A stretch of 64,000 bases of DNA from Candidatus Micrarchaeota archaeon (GCA_016207165.1 JACQQD010000008.1:64001-128000), one strand, 5' to 3'; positions 8,867 to 17,890 are shown, counted from the stretch's first letter. Numbers and translations are program-made. The notes: generated from the letters alone by a model not told the origin.

Positions 8867-10246
8867 TCACTTTTTAAGGTTTTGGATGGTGGCTTTCAGT
8901 TTTTCTCGGACTTCGTTGGGTTGAAACCCTCGGTGGCGCTTGAGGAACTCGCCCAGCAAGAATTCCAGGGATTTTTCCTTGCCGGCAAGGTATTCCGAAA
9001 CGGCTTGGGGATTGGATTTCAGGACTTCCGCAACCAGTTCGTCCATCTCGCCTCCTTTCTGTGCGGAGAGAAAGTGCTGAATGGGTTTTTGATGGGTGAC
9101 CATTTCCTTGATGTATTCCTTGGCGGCGCGCTCCGTGATTTTTCCGCTGGACACGGCGGACAACAACGCATCCAGTTCCTGGACGGCCAGCGCTTTGTGC
9201 GGTTCCCAGATGCCGTGGTAGTTCATGCACTTGAGTAAATCTCCGCACACCCACTTCGCCAAAAACAGTTTGTCCGGCGTCTTCGAGGATTCAAAGTAAG
9301 GCGCGAGATTCTGGAAAACGAGCACTTCGGCGTATTGGGCGGGGACGAAATGGGAGAGGCGCCTCGTGGCGATTTCTGGGAGTTCCTTCATGGCGGAAAG
9401 CGTTTCCTCCAGGAATGCCTCGTCCAAGTACAGGGGGGGCAGGTCGGGTTCCACGATGTAGCCGTAGTCTTCTTCCTGTTCCTTGGTGCGCATCAACAGC
9501 GTGGTGTTGGTCTCTTCGGAGTAAAGCCGGGTTTGGCGTTCGACGTTCTCGCCGCTTTGCTTGGCTTTGCGCTGGCGGAAGAACTCGGCTTGGAGTGCCT
9601 TTTCCACGGCTACAAAGCTGGTGATGTTCTTGATTTCGACGCGCTCTCCGCCTGGAATGGATAGGTTCGCGTCGGTTTTCATGACGCGTTCGTTTTGTGC
9701 GTCAATGACGCCCAAATACGACAACTTCTTGAACAACGCCTCCAAGTACGCTTTGGCGTCCGCCGGACTTTTCAGGCAGGGGTCCGTCACGATTTCAGCC
9801 AGTGGCATGCCGGAGCGGTTGTAATCCAACAAACTGTACGTGCTGTTGGCCATGTTGCCGTGCGGGTACACGATTTGCGCGGGGTCCTCCTCCAAGTGCA
9901 GTCGCGTCAGCGTTACGGTAATTTTTCCGTTGACGTTCAGCGCGCCTTTTTCGGCCAAAGGCGAGTCGTATTGCGTGATTTGGTAATTCTTGGACAAGTC
10001 CGGATAATAGTACGTCTTTCGCGCGAACAAGCTTTTACGGTTCAACTGCATCCCCAAGGCGGTGGCGGCCTGGACGGCGAGTTTCACGGCTTTCTCGTTG
10101 GTTACCGGCTTTGAACCCGGCAAGCCCAAACAGATTTCGCAGGTGTGGGCGTTGGGCTCCGCGGGAGCGGTAGGGCAGCCGCAGAAAAGCTTGGTTTCCG
10201 TGTCGAGGGTGACGTGCGTCTCCAACCCGATTTTCATTTCACTCAT
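8867..10246 (-). CDS. gatB: Asp/Glu-tRNA amidotransferase subunit B
   Basis: IGLETH, KLFC, RKTYYYPDL, HLEED, DYNRSGMPLAEIVT, VEIKN and EPDLPP motifs. Confidence 0.97.
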   Translation of the reverse strand: MSEMKIGLETHVTLDTETKLFCGCPTAPAEPNAHTCEICLGLPGSKPVTNEKAVKLAVQAATALGMQLNRKSLFARKTYYYPDLSKNYQITQYDSPLAEKGALNVNGKITVTLTRLHLEEDPAQIVYPHGNMANSTYSLLDYNRSGMPLAEIVTDPCLKSPADAKAYLEALFKKLSYLGVIDAQNERVMKTDANLSIPGGERVEIKNITSFVAVEKALQAEFFRQRKAKQSGENVERQTRLYSEETNTTLLMRTKEQEEDYGYIVEPDLPPLYLDEAFLEETLSAMKELPEIATRRLSHFVPAQYAEVLVFQNLAPYFESSKTPDKLFLAKWVCGDLLKCMNYHGIWEPHKALAVQELDALLSAVSSGKITERAAKEYIKEMVTHQKPIQHFLSAQKGGEMDELVAEVLKSNPQAVSEYLAGKEKSLEFLLGEFLKRHRGFQPNEVREKLKATIQNLKK

Positions 10247-11531
10247 GGGGTTGTTCTACCTGTCGTGCGACGTCGCTCAGTGTTTTTTCCTGGAAGTGAT
10301 TTGTGATGATCTGGAGGCCGACGGGCAATCCGGAAACACGGCCGCAGGGAATGCTGGCATGCGGCAAGCCGGCGAGGTTGGGGGCGCCGGTGCAGATGTC
10401 CATGGCGTAGTGTTCCAGGGGCGAGAGTCTTTCAATTTCCCGAAAACGCGGAGCCACGCATGGCATGGAAGGCGTGATGAGTGCATCGTATTTCTCAAAG
10501 AGTTTCTTGAATTCTCGGATGACCAAGGTTCGGACTTTCGCGGCTTTCTCGTAGTATTTTCCGCGGTAGCCGGCGGTGCGGGCAAACGAGCCCAAAATCA
10601 GGCGGCGCTTGGCTTCGGCGCCAAAACCCTGGGCGCGCACGCGGGAAAAGTATTCCGTGTACGTCTCGGATTCTTCGGGTTTCGGCTGGATGCCGTACCG
10701 CAGGCCGCAGTACTTGGCCAAGTTCGTTGACGCTTCGCTCATGGCCAACACGTAGTAGGCGTAGAGTCCGGGGTCCGCCAACGGAAACGGCGCCTCTTCC
10801 ACGGCGACGCCTTGGGCTTGCAGTTGGCCTGCGGCTTTTTGGCACTGTTTTTGGATGGATGCATCCGTCTTCTCCCAAATCGTCGTCAGCAACGCGATTT
10901 GGTTCGTGCGTTTTTTTTCCGGGAATGGTTTCGTGGTTGTCGCGTCTTTTTCGTCGGGTCCGGCCATGGCGTAAAGCAAGCGGAATGCGTCCTGGACGGT
11001 GGTGGCCATGACTCCGATTTTGTCCAACGAATTGGCGTAGTCAATCAATCCCCAGCGCGACACCCGCCCGTACGTGGGCGTCAACCCCACCACGCCGCAG
11101 AAGGCCGCCGGAGCCGTGATGCTGCCGCCGGTGGACTCCGCTACGGAGGGCATGCCGGTAAACGCCGTGAACGCGGCGGATCCCCCCGATGATCCCCCGG
11201 TGCAACGCAATGCGTCGTGCGGGTTTTTCGGGATTTTCTCGGTGTTGACGTTGAACGTCCCGAACCCGAATTCGTCCATTACGGTTTTGCCCGCCACCAC
11301 GGCGCCTTGGTCGATGAGTCGTTGGACGCACGTCGCCGTAAAAGGCGGCACGTAGCCCTCCAAAATTTTCGAGCCGGCGCGCGCCGGCATGCCTTGCACG
11401 CACAGGTTGTCCTTGACGGCGATGACCGTATTGGAAAGCGGACCCGACTTGGCGGGCCCTAGTTTTTCCGGGATGAATTGCATGCAGTCCAACTTCTTGT
11501 CGGCCTGCCGGGTTTTTTCCAAGGCGTTCAT
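10239..11531 (-). CDS. gatA: Asp/Glu-tRNA amidotransferase subunit A (amidase)
   Basis: VKDN, GGSSGGSAA, STGGSI, EASTNLAKYCG.RYG and E.KRRLILG motifs. Confidence 0.96.
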   Translation of the reverse strand: MNALEKTRQADKKLDCMQFIPEKLGPAKSGPLSNTVIAVKDNLCVQGMPARAGSKILEGYVPPFTATCVQRLIDQGAVVAGKTVMDEFGFGTFNVNTEKIPKNPHDALRCTGGSSGGSAAFTAFTGMPSVAESTGGSITAPAAFCGVVGLTPTYGRVSRWGLIDYANSLDKIGVMATTVQDAFRLLYAMAGPDEKDATTTKPFPEKKRTNQIALLTTIWEKTDASIQKQCQKAAGQLQAQGVAVEEAPFPLADPGLYAYYVLAMSEASTNLAKYCGLRYGIQPKPEESETYTEYFSRVRAQGFGAEAKRRLILGSFARTAGYRGKYYEKAAKVRTLVIREFKKLFEKYDALITPSMPCVAPRFREIERLSPLEHYAMDICTGAPNLAGLPHASIPCGRVSGLPVGLQIITNHFQEKTLSDVARQVEQPHE

Positions 11532-11538
11532 TCTGGGT

Positions 11539-11814
11539 TCACCGCATCATGCGGGGGCCTTTGAGGTACCCTTTCTCTTTCCGGCTATGGTTTCCGGTGG
11601 GGTTTGTGCAGGGTTTTGGTTCGTCCGGCCGCAGCCTCGGCGAAAGCGCCACGGGGTGATAAGATGGTTCAACGCCGTTGGTGTCGATTTGGTCCAACGC
11701 GTCAAAGGCTTTCAAGACATCTTGGAGTTGCTGGGAAAGAATTCGAATTTCTTTGTCGGAAAGCGCCAGGCGCTGGGCGACGGCTATGTTATTGATTTTT
11801 TCCTTTAAATCCAA
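11539..11814 (-). CDS. gatC: Asp/Glu-tRNA amidotransferase subunit C
   Basis: RLALS..E, IDTNGVEPSYHP, LRPDE and GYLKGP motifs; position upstream of gatA; probable TTG start. Confidence 0.88.
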   Translation of the reverse strand: MDLKEKINNIAVAQRLALSDKEIRILSQQLQDVLKAFDALDQIDTNGVEPSYHPVALSPRLRPDEPKPCTNPTGNHSRKEKGYLKGPRMMR

Positions 11815-11951
11815 AATAATCCCCTGTAACGCCGAATTGAAGGAGTTCTCCTGTGGGCGTGTTGAAAGAAAAAGGTATTTGTTGGCCGCCGGCCACGCGG
11901 TAACGCGTGGCGGAAAAACCAAGGAGTCGACGCGGGCAATCGCATGGCACC

Positions 11952-12110
11952 ATGGCGGTGGCGGTCATGGTTTTGTTGGTGCCCGTGGTGCCGGTGGCGT
12001 ACTGGTTCACGGATCATCTCGCCCCCGTGTTTAACTGGTTTGAGGGCCCCCAGATTCTCGCGGCCACCGCCGTTTTGGCGTGGATGTTTTTCCAGAAGTT
12101 CCACTATTAA
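11952..12110 (+). CDS. Possible small two-helix membrane peptide or gene fragment
   Basis: 52-aa hydrophobic ORF ending at the duplicated tRNA 3' end. Confidence 0.3.
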   Translation: MAVAVMVLLVPVVPVAYWFTDHLAPVFNWFEGPQILAATAVLAWMFFQKFHY

Positions 12111-12137
12111 AAAGAGCGCCCGAGGTCAGGACTCGAA
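12110..12137 (-). repeat. Duplicate of the tRNA-Asn 3' end (att-like)
   Basis: AAAAGAGCGCCCGAGGTCAGGACTCGAA matches 12207-12233 with a single 1-nt insertion. Confidence 0.85.
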
Positions 12138-12213
12138 GGTCGCCCCAGGGGGCTCCGCCCCCTTGGCCCGACCTAGGCCTCGACCCCCGACTAGCTTTTT
12201 GAATCGAAAAGAG

Positions 12214-12338
12214 CGCCCGAGGTCGGACTCGAACCGACGGCCTGCTGATTTCTGTGGATTCAATGAGTTTGCCGACGACCCAAAGTCGGCGGTTACGCTC
12301 TTAACAGTCAGCCGCTCTACCTGCTGAGCTACCCGGGC
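12214..12338 (-). tRNA. tRNA-Asn(GTT) with a 52-nt intron at 37/38 (12250-12301)
   Basis: Acceptor GCCCGGG/CTCGGGC, D arm GCTC/GAGC, anticodon arm GCTGA-CTGTTA^A-TCAGC, T arm GTCGG-TTCGAGT-CCGAC. BHB-type junction: CUGU/ACAG central helix with UAA and AAA bulges. No encoded CCA. Confidence 0.95.
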
Positions 12339-12442
12339 TTTTATGCGGAATGGATTTGTCGGGCGTGTGCATTTTAAGGATTGCGTTTTGCGGCTAAATG
12401 GCCTTTGGGCGTTCAGGAAAACGGGGTTTCTTTCTGATGCGC

Positions 12443-12493
12443 CTACAGCAAGCCAAGAAAATAACACGACAAAATAGTCCGGGTTTGCTATAG
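12443..12493. repeat. Dispersed hairpin repeat, copy B (more degenerate)
   Basis: CTACAGCAAGCC/GGGTTTGCTATAG stem; loop contains CGACAAAATAGTC, identical to 20153-20165. Confidence 0.65.
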
Positions 12494-12518
12494 ACTGAAA
12501 ACCGATTCCAGAATGGAC

Positions 12519-12557
12519 GAAAAGAAAAAGAAAGAGGAAAAAGGGGGCTGCGCCCCC
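12519..12557 (-). terminator. Hairpin plus pyrimidine-tract terminator of the small membrane protein operon
   Basis: Minus strand GGGGGCGCAGCCCCC-TTTTTCCTCTTTCTTTTTC, 10 nt after the stop at 12568. Confidence 0.75.
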
Positions 12558-12567
12558 AACGACGCGC

Positions 12568-12876
12568 CTAGTGGCCGATGATGACGGTACGCTTGGATTG
12601 AAGGGTGCGTTGCTTGCGGAACTCCTTGAGTTGGTAGAAGTACACGGCGGCCGACAAGGCCGGCACGGCCAGGACGAGGTTGACGAAGAGCAGGTAGATG
12701 CCTAAAACCGTTAGGGCCATGAAGTAAAAATTGAACCGCACGTACTCCTTCCACAACGTCAAAAAGCGCGCGATGTAGTCCCACCGCGTCGTCGCCCTCA
12801 GCATCGGTGCCTTGCTCTCGGTGACGGCCATCGAGAGCGTGACGCCGGGGTTGTGCTGGATTTCGTCGTGTGCCAT
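12568..12876 (-). CDS. Small two-TM membrane protein
   Basis: SD GGAGGTGA; TRWDYIA motif followed by two hydrophobic helices. Confidence 0.8.
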   Translation of the reverse strand: MAHDEIQHNPGVTLSMAVTESKAPMLRATTRWDYIARFLTLWKEYVRFNFYFMALTVLGIYLLFVNLVLAVPALSAAVYFYQLKEFRKQRTLQSKRTVIIGH

Positions 12877-12881
12877 AATTC

Positions 12882-13004
12882 CTACTTCACCTCCAATTTA
12901 GCGAAGCGAAGGGCGGAGCGTTGCGATCGATGCAACGCATCGATCGCTTCCAACGCCGTGGCCTTCGCAAACTCTTTTTTTTCCATCTTGTTTTTTTCTT
13001 CCAT
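12882..13004 (-). CDS. 40-aa peptide (MEEKNKMEKKEFAKATALEAIDALHRSQRSALRFAKLEVK), below the ORF-track cutoff
   Basis: Fills the gap between two operon genes almost exactly; charged and helical. Confidence 0.5.
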   Translation of the reverse strand: MEEKNKMEKKEFAKATALEAIDALHRSQRSALRFAKLEVK

Positions 13005-13015
13005 GGTGTCGTTGC

Positions 13016-13480
13016 CTACTTGGCGTAGTACAGGGCCTTGCCCTTGAACCACGTCACGTTCCAGGGTGGCTCAATGAGGCGTTGCGACCAGAACAATCCG
13101 GTCAGAAACGCGAACGCCGCCGAGACGTACAAGTTGATGTTGTAGAAGAACACCATGAGGATGAACGCCACCACCGCCCAAAAGTAGAAGCGGTAGGCGG
13201 TGCCCAACCCGCCGCGAAACGAGCTGTCCAACAGTTCCGACAGGAATTTGGAACGCGTTTTGACGTGCATGGTGTGCACCGGCACTTCTTTCCCGCCTTC
13301 CTTCATGTTGCCGCCGCGTTGTCCAATGGGCACGTACATGTGGTGGAATTGCCGGGGGCCGGGTCCGTGGCCGCCTCCGCCATGCGCGTGCGGCGCGTAG
13401 TGGGCACTGCCGTGCGCCTTGACGTGGTCGCGCAAGTCCCTCGCGTTGATTCCGTGAATTTTTCCGTGTCCTTCGCTCAT
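13016..13480 (-). CDS. His/Gly-rich two-TM membrane protein
   Basis: N-terminal HGSAHYAPHAHGGGGHG; C-terminal hydrophobic hairpin. Confidence 0.82.
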   Translation of the reverse strand: MSEGHGKIHGINARDLRDHVKAHGSAHYAPHAHGGGGHGPGPRQFHHMYVPIGQRGGNMKEGGKEVPVHTMHVKTRSKFLSELLDSSFRGGLGTAYRFYFWAVVAFILMVFFYNINLYVSAAFAFLTGLFWSQRLIEPPWNVTWFKGKALYYAK

Positions 13481-13481
13481 T

Positions 13482-13682
13482 TCAGCTCACACTCAACAGC
13501 CAGTAGATGACCGTGAAGACCACCACGGCATTGATGATCCAGTCCGGCAAAATCAAGCCGTGGTCAAACATGCCTGTTTTGAAGTCCGTCGGCCCGTCAA
13601 TGATTTTGACGAGGCCGAAGTCTTCCAGTAGGGACATGAGGTGGGTCTCCCACGGGGCATCCGGTTCCTCGTATTCAGCCAT
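13482..13682 (-). CDS. Small acidic tail-anchored membrane protein
   Basis: 66 aa with a single C-terminal hydrophobic helix; tight operon spacing. Confidence 0.7.
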   Translation of the reverse strand: MAEYEEPDAPWETHLMSLLEDFGLVKIIDGPTDFKTGMFDHGLILPDWIINAVVVFTVIYWLLSVS

Positions 13683-13693
13683 TTTTTTCTACC

Positions 13694-14191
13694 TTAGTCC
13701 ACCAAGGTCAAGGTACGCGAGTACCCGAACTTTTTGGCGATGAAGTCGTACATCCAGGCCAACTCCTTGTGGCGTCCGGCCAGCATGAACATCAACAAGG
13801 CGCCGGGCGGAAACGTCTCCAACGTCAGCAACCCCAAGGCGAAAAACAAGATCGTCTGGATCTTGGACGTAATGCCCTGGCGCCACCACTCGACGTACTC
13901 CGCCAAATACTCCCAGCGCGTGAACTGCCGCAGGTTGGGCGGAAGAGTCCGCTCCACTTCCATGGGCATGTACGACACGTGCAAGTGCTCGCCGCCGCCA
14001 TGCGGCTGCCCGTCGCCGTGGCCCCCGCCGCTTTTTGGGGCGGGTTTGCCTTCGTTTTTGGCCTTGGCAGCCAAAAGCTCTTTCTCGGACTCCTCAAAGA
14101 TTTCTCCCACGTGGTGCGCGGGCGTGGCCGACTCCTCGATAGAGTGAAGCAGCGCGTCGCGCGGATCCCCGTGTCCATGGCTCACCTTCAT
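13694..14191 (-). CDS. His/Gly-rich membrane protein
   Basis: SHGHG, GGGHGDGQPHGGGEHLH and TRWEYLA, then a hydrophobic hairpin; SD AGGTGA. Confidence 0.82.
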   Translation of the reverse strand: MKVSHGHGDPRDALLHSIEESATPAHHVGEIFEESEKELLAAKAKNEGKPAPKSGGGHGDGQPHGGGEHLHVSYMPMEVERTLPPNLRQFTRWEYLAEYVEWWRQGITSKIQTILFFALGLLTLETFPPGALLMFMLAGRHKELAWMYDFIAKKFGYSRTLTLVD

Positions 14192-14195
14192 TCAC

Positions 14196-14567
14196 CTACG
14201 TGCTTTCCAACAGGTACCGTTTCTTGTACAACTGGTTGATGTAGAAGTCCTTCTTGAGAAACTCGCCGTAACTCCAGGCCGCGCCCATGCCGGAAACCGC
14301 GGCCAACAGCGGGTTGGAGAACAAAAACAACACCGTGGCAATGCCTCCCGCTACGGACAGCGCCCGGTAGCCGTGGAATTCCCGCCAGTCCGTGATGCCT
14401 TTCGTCAAGAATTCCTGACGGCGCTGGACGTTGATGACGGGTTTGCCTTCTGTCGCCACCGGGGTGAACATGGTGGTCTGCTCAAACTCGGGATCGCTTG
14501 TTTTGCCGATAAACTTGGCTTTGTCGGCGGCCACGACCTGTTTGATGCTTTGGGCGTTGTGCGTCAT
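14196..14567 (-). CDS. Small two-TM membrane protein (first gene of the operon)
   Basis: Hydrophobic hairpin LSVAGGIATVLFLF...LLAAVSGMGAAW; TTTATAAA about 30 nt upstream. Confidence 0.8.
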   Translation of the reverse strand: MTHNAQSIKQVVAADKAKFIGKTSDPEFEQTTMFTPVATEGKPVINVQRRQEFLTKGITDWREFHGYRALSVAGGIATVLFLFSNPLLAAVSGMGAAWSYGEFLKKDFYINQLYKKRYLLEST

Positions 14568-14922
14568 TTGAACCTGTACTACATACCTACTTCCTTATTT
14601 ATAAACTTACTGGTAGTAACAAAATAGGCTCTTTCTGTGGTGCCCTATATTAAATATAAGAAAAGGCTTCGTCTGTGGGTATCATTAGCTAATCCAATAC
14701 TGGTGCGGGTACCGGGGCGCCCCGGGGCTACTAAGATAGGGGTCCCTAGTCCCCTTCGACAAAAGACGTATGATTTTGGAAAGGTTTAAAAACCGACTAT
14801 CGATTACATATTCCGTCGGTTAACCCGGTTTCGGTGTATTGTTTGTTCCCGCTGTTTGGGGGAAGCCGTGTGGCTGAATAGTGTTGATGAATCGGACGAA
14901 CGATGTTCGTCGAGGTGGTTCC
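14568..14922. promoter_or_regulatory. Divergent promoter region (small-protein operon / S-layer gene)
   Basis: AT-rich; TTTATAAA (14598-14605), TATATTAAATATA (14646-14658), GAAAGGTTTAAAAA (about 14779-14792); perfect palindrome CCGGGGCGCCCCGG (14712-14725); SD GAGGTG at 14912. Confidence 0.6.
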
Positions 14923-17835
14923 GTGAAGAGTTTGAACGTGAAGAAAATCGCAACGGCCGCTGCTGGCGCTGCTATGCTTGGCGCGGCCTTTGCGGGCGCG
15001 GTCCAAGTGGACCAAGCCGGTTTGGAGAGCTTTAACTTTTTCTCCAATGGCGCGCCCAATCTGCAGATCGTCGTCGGTTCCCAGGCTCAGGCTTCGGACG
15101 CCGTTGCGGCTGCAAATATTGCCGCGATGATCGGCAACTTGGCGTACACGTCCAAGGACATCACTGTGCTGGGCACGGATGCATTGTCCTGTAGCGGCGG
15201 TACGGGTACCTCCACGGCGTCCTCAGACGAGGTCTCCTTGGAAGTGACGACTCCGGGCGTTAACCCGTCTGTCGCGTACCAAATGAAGTCCTTCATTGAA
15301 GGTTTCCTGGACAGCAACTCGACGGACGACAAGGTGGACTCCTCAGTTGGTTCTGCGGCTACGATTTTGTCCGTGGATGCCAACGGTGTGTCCAGCTCTT
15401 TTGGCCGGAAGGTCACGCCGTCGGAGACTTCGTTGGCGTTCAAGGGCACCATTACGGACCCGCAACGCACGACGGTGACGTACACGGAGGAAGAGCGCTA
15501 CTACCTCTACTCCAAGACGCAGTACGACACGGCGACCAAGAAGGTTAAGTCCCGCAACCCGCAGATTGCCTACGAGGCCATCTTTACCAACCCCATCCAG
15601 GTGTGTACGGAAGTCACGCCGGATGACTCGACGTGTTCGGACACCTACAAGACGCCGTTGCACCGCATGAAGGTCCGCCTCCTGGGTTCGGAGTGGGTCA
15701 TCTTCGGCATGAACAACTTCAACAGCAACATTTCGTTGCCTACGGGTGGTTCAGCCGCGGCCTTGGAATTGGGCAAGGAAATCCAGTTCAAGGAATTCAT
15801 GCAGATTGGCGACGAAGTGTCCAACCCCGCTGGCATCAAGGCGGTCCTCAAGGACATTTCGGCTGTGCCCACGGGTACGGCCCAACTGTTGTCCGCGTCG
15901 TTCGAGATTTTTGACGCCAACGGCAACTTGTTGGACACGACGACCTTGCAGGAAAGCGGTGAATACAACAACCACGGTATCGTCATTCGCGTTACCAAGG
16001 TGTTCGCCGGTTTGGGTCAGACCAGCTACGCGCAGGTTTCGATCTTCTCGGACCGCTTGACGGTGCAAAACGGCGCCACGGTCAGTGCAGACAACCAGCA
16101 ATGGCGCGTCGCCCTGGTCGGCGGCGGTGCCTCGTATGGTCACTCGCTGTCCAAGGTCCAGCTGATCCGGCAAGTCGTTGACGACTTGGAGGCCGGCGGT
16201 TCCGTGACTTTCATCCAGTCCCCGAAGCTCATGAAGCTCTCGTACAATGGATTGGAGGACGTCACGTACGACACGCTGACTTTCCAGACGGGTTCCCAGT
16301 CGTTCCAGACGAGTTCGACGGACACGACGACAGTCAACCTGAACTACGTGCGCGTCACGTCGGGTTTGACGTCGCCGTTTGACTTCGGCACTGTAGCCAA
16401 GAGCCAGTTTTACTACATTGTCGACAGCGCTCCGGTCGGAACGTCGGCGCAGGGTGTGATCTTTTACCAGGACACGACCTCGTCCAGCGCGGGCTTCTTC
16501 GTGCCGTACTTCGGCACGGCGTCCACGTCGGCCGCGGCCACGGGTAACATCACCTACGCCGGAACCGTCACGACGCTGAACTTGGCTAGCTTGACGCGTT
16601 CTCAGATGCGCATCTGGAACGGTACGTCCGCCAGCGGCGACTACAACGCCCAGACCGGCGGTGCCTTGTGTGCGGCGTTTGGTGCCGTTACGAACCAGAC
16701 GCTGGACTTGAACACGTCCATCGGGTTGTCGGCATTGAACTTGAACGGCAACGCGACGGGTCTCACGTTCGGCCAAGGTGGCGGCAGCGGCACGGGTACG
16801 CCCTTGACTACGGGTTACACGCTGAACCAGGAGAACCAGAACATCACGGTCTCCGCGGCCAGCATCAACTCGGGTTGCACGGCGGGTAACGTGACCATCC
16901 AGTTCCTCAACACGAACGGCAGCATTTCGCCGGGCGTGGGAACCACGGGTGTCACCTACGGCGTCCGGAACAACTACGTCAAGTTCAACTACGGTGCCCA
17001 GTCCGTGAACATGCGCTTTGACGCGCGTGGTGTCAGCTTGGCGGCCATCAACAACGGTGACCCGACGGGCAACGCGACGATCTGGATTCCCGAGTACGCC
17101 AAGGACGACGACACGACGCCGGGCGCATTCTCCCTGGACGTCAGCAATGCCGATGTCAAGGGTACGCCTCGTCTGGCGCCCAACAGCGGCACGGCGACGG
17201 TGGGTTACTCCGGCGGTGCGGGTGGTGGCAACGTATACACCATCAACTCGGCGGCGGCCAACTCGACGTTCGAGACGGGTTTCGTCTCGCCCCGCGGCAG
17301 CAAGCTGGAAGGCATTTCCACCTCGACGGCGACGATCAAGTACGCCACGAGGCTGGCCAACGCCTTGTACACGCTGTCGACATCGGGTACGGACACGACG
17401 GCCAACACAGCCACGGCTGACTACAAGGTCGGCGCGGAAGCCCTGAACTCCAACGGCTACAAGGTCGTTGTGAAGGGTATCTCGGCGGCGGGTACGTCCA
17501 CGGGCGGATCTGTCAGCGGTGCCGATGGTTTGAAGCCCTCGCAAGAGTCGGCTTTCGTCGTGACGCCTCTGAACACGGCGAGCTCCCCGTTGGTGGTTCG
17601 CGACAGCCAAGCTGGCGCGCAACCGCTCATTGTGGTGGGTGGCCCGTTGGTCAACTCCGTTGCGTTGTCTGCCATGTCTGGTGGTCCGGCTCCGTCGGCT
17701 TCCGACGAGGCGGTGGTCAAGGTCCAGGGTGACAAGATCCTGGTCTACGGCTTCACGGCTTCGGACACGCAGGAAGCGGCTCGCAGCTTGATTGGCTGGC
17801 TGGCTGCCAATGCGGACTCCGTCACGGGTCGCTAG
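14923..17835 (+). CDS. S-layer protein (Methanococcales S_layer_N/C type)
   Basis: MKSLNVKKIA.AAAGAAMLG signal, IVVG..A.ASDAVAAANIA, C-terminal LIVVGGPLVN and G..A.DT..AA; many N-x-S/T sequons; strongly biased codon use. Confidence 0.92.
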   Translation: MKSLNVKKIATAAAGAAMLGAAFAGAVQVDQAGLESFNFFSNGAPNLQIVVGSQAQASDAVAAANIAAMIGNLAYTSKDITVLGTDALSCSGGTGTSTASSDEVSLEVTTPGVNPSVAYQMKSFIEGFLDSNSTDDKVDSSVGSAATILSVDANGVSSSFGRKVTPSETSLAFKGTITDPQRTTVTYTEEERYYLYSKTQYDTATKKVKSRNPQIAYEAIFTNPIQVCTEVTPDDSTCSDTYKTPLHRMKVRLLGSEWVIFGMNNFNSNISLPTGGSAAALELGKEIQFKEFMQIGDEVSNPAGIKAVLKDISAVPTGTAQLLSASFEIFDANGNLLDTTTLQESGEYNNHGIVIRVTKVFAGLGQTSYAQVSIFSDRLTVQNGATVSADNQQWRVALVGGGASYGHSLSKVQLIRQVVDDLEAGGSVTFIQSPKLMKLSYNGLEDVTYDTLTFQTGSQSFQTSSTDTTTVNLNYVRVTSGLTSPFDFGTVAKSQFYYIVDSAPVGTSAQGVIFYQDTTSSSAGFFVPYFGTASTSAAATGNITYAGTVTTLNLASLTRSQMRIWNGTSASGDYNAQTGGALCAAFGAVTNQTLDLNTSIGLSALNLNGNATGLTFGQGGGSGTGTPLTTGYTLNQENQNITVSAASINSGCTAGNVTIQFLNTNGSISPGVGTTGVTYGVRNNYVKFNYGAQSVNMRFDARGVSLAAINNGDPTGNATIWIPEYAKDDDTTPGAFSLDVSNADVKGTPRLAPNSGTATVGYSGGAGGGNVYTINSAAANSTFETGFVSPRGSKLEGISTSTATIKYATRLANALYTLSTSGTDTTANTATADYKVGAEALNSNGYKVVVKGISAAGTSTGGSVSGADGLKPSQESAFVVTPLNTASSPLVVRDSQAGAQPLIVVGGPLVNSVALSAMSGGPAPSASDEAVVKVQGDKILVYGFTASDTQEAARSLIGWLAANADSVTGR

Positions 17836-17844
17836 TATCTTTGA

Positions 17845-17890
17845 AGGGGGGCGCAAGCCCCCTTTTTCCTCTTTTTTCCCTTGTTTTTTC
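17845..17890 (+). terminator. S-layer gene terminator
   Basis: GGGGGGCGCAAGCCCCC-TTTTTCCTCTTTTTT, 10 nt after the stop. Confidence 0.8.

Noticed and set aside
12110-12206. Second tRNA or split-tRNA half
   Set aside because: No D arm or anticodon arm and no BHB-forming leader could be found; the T stem carries an insertion.
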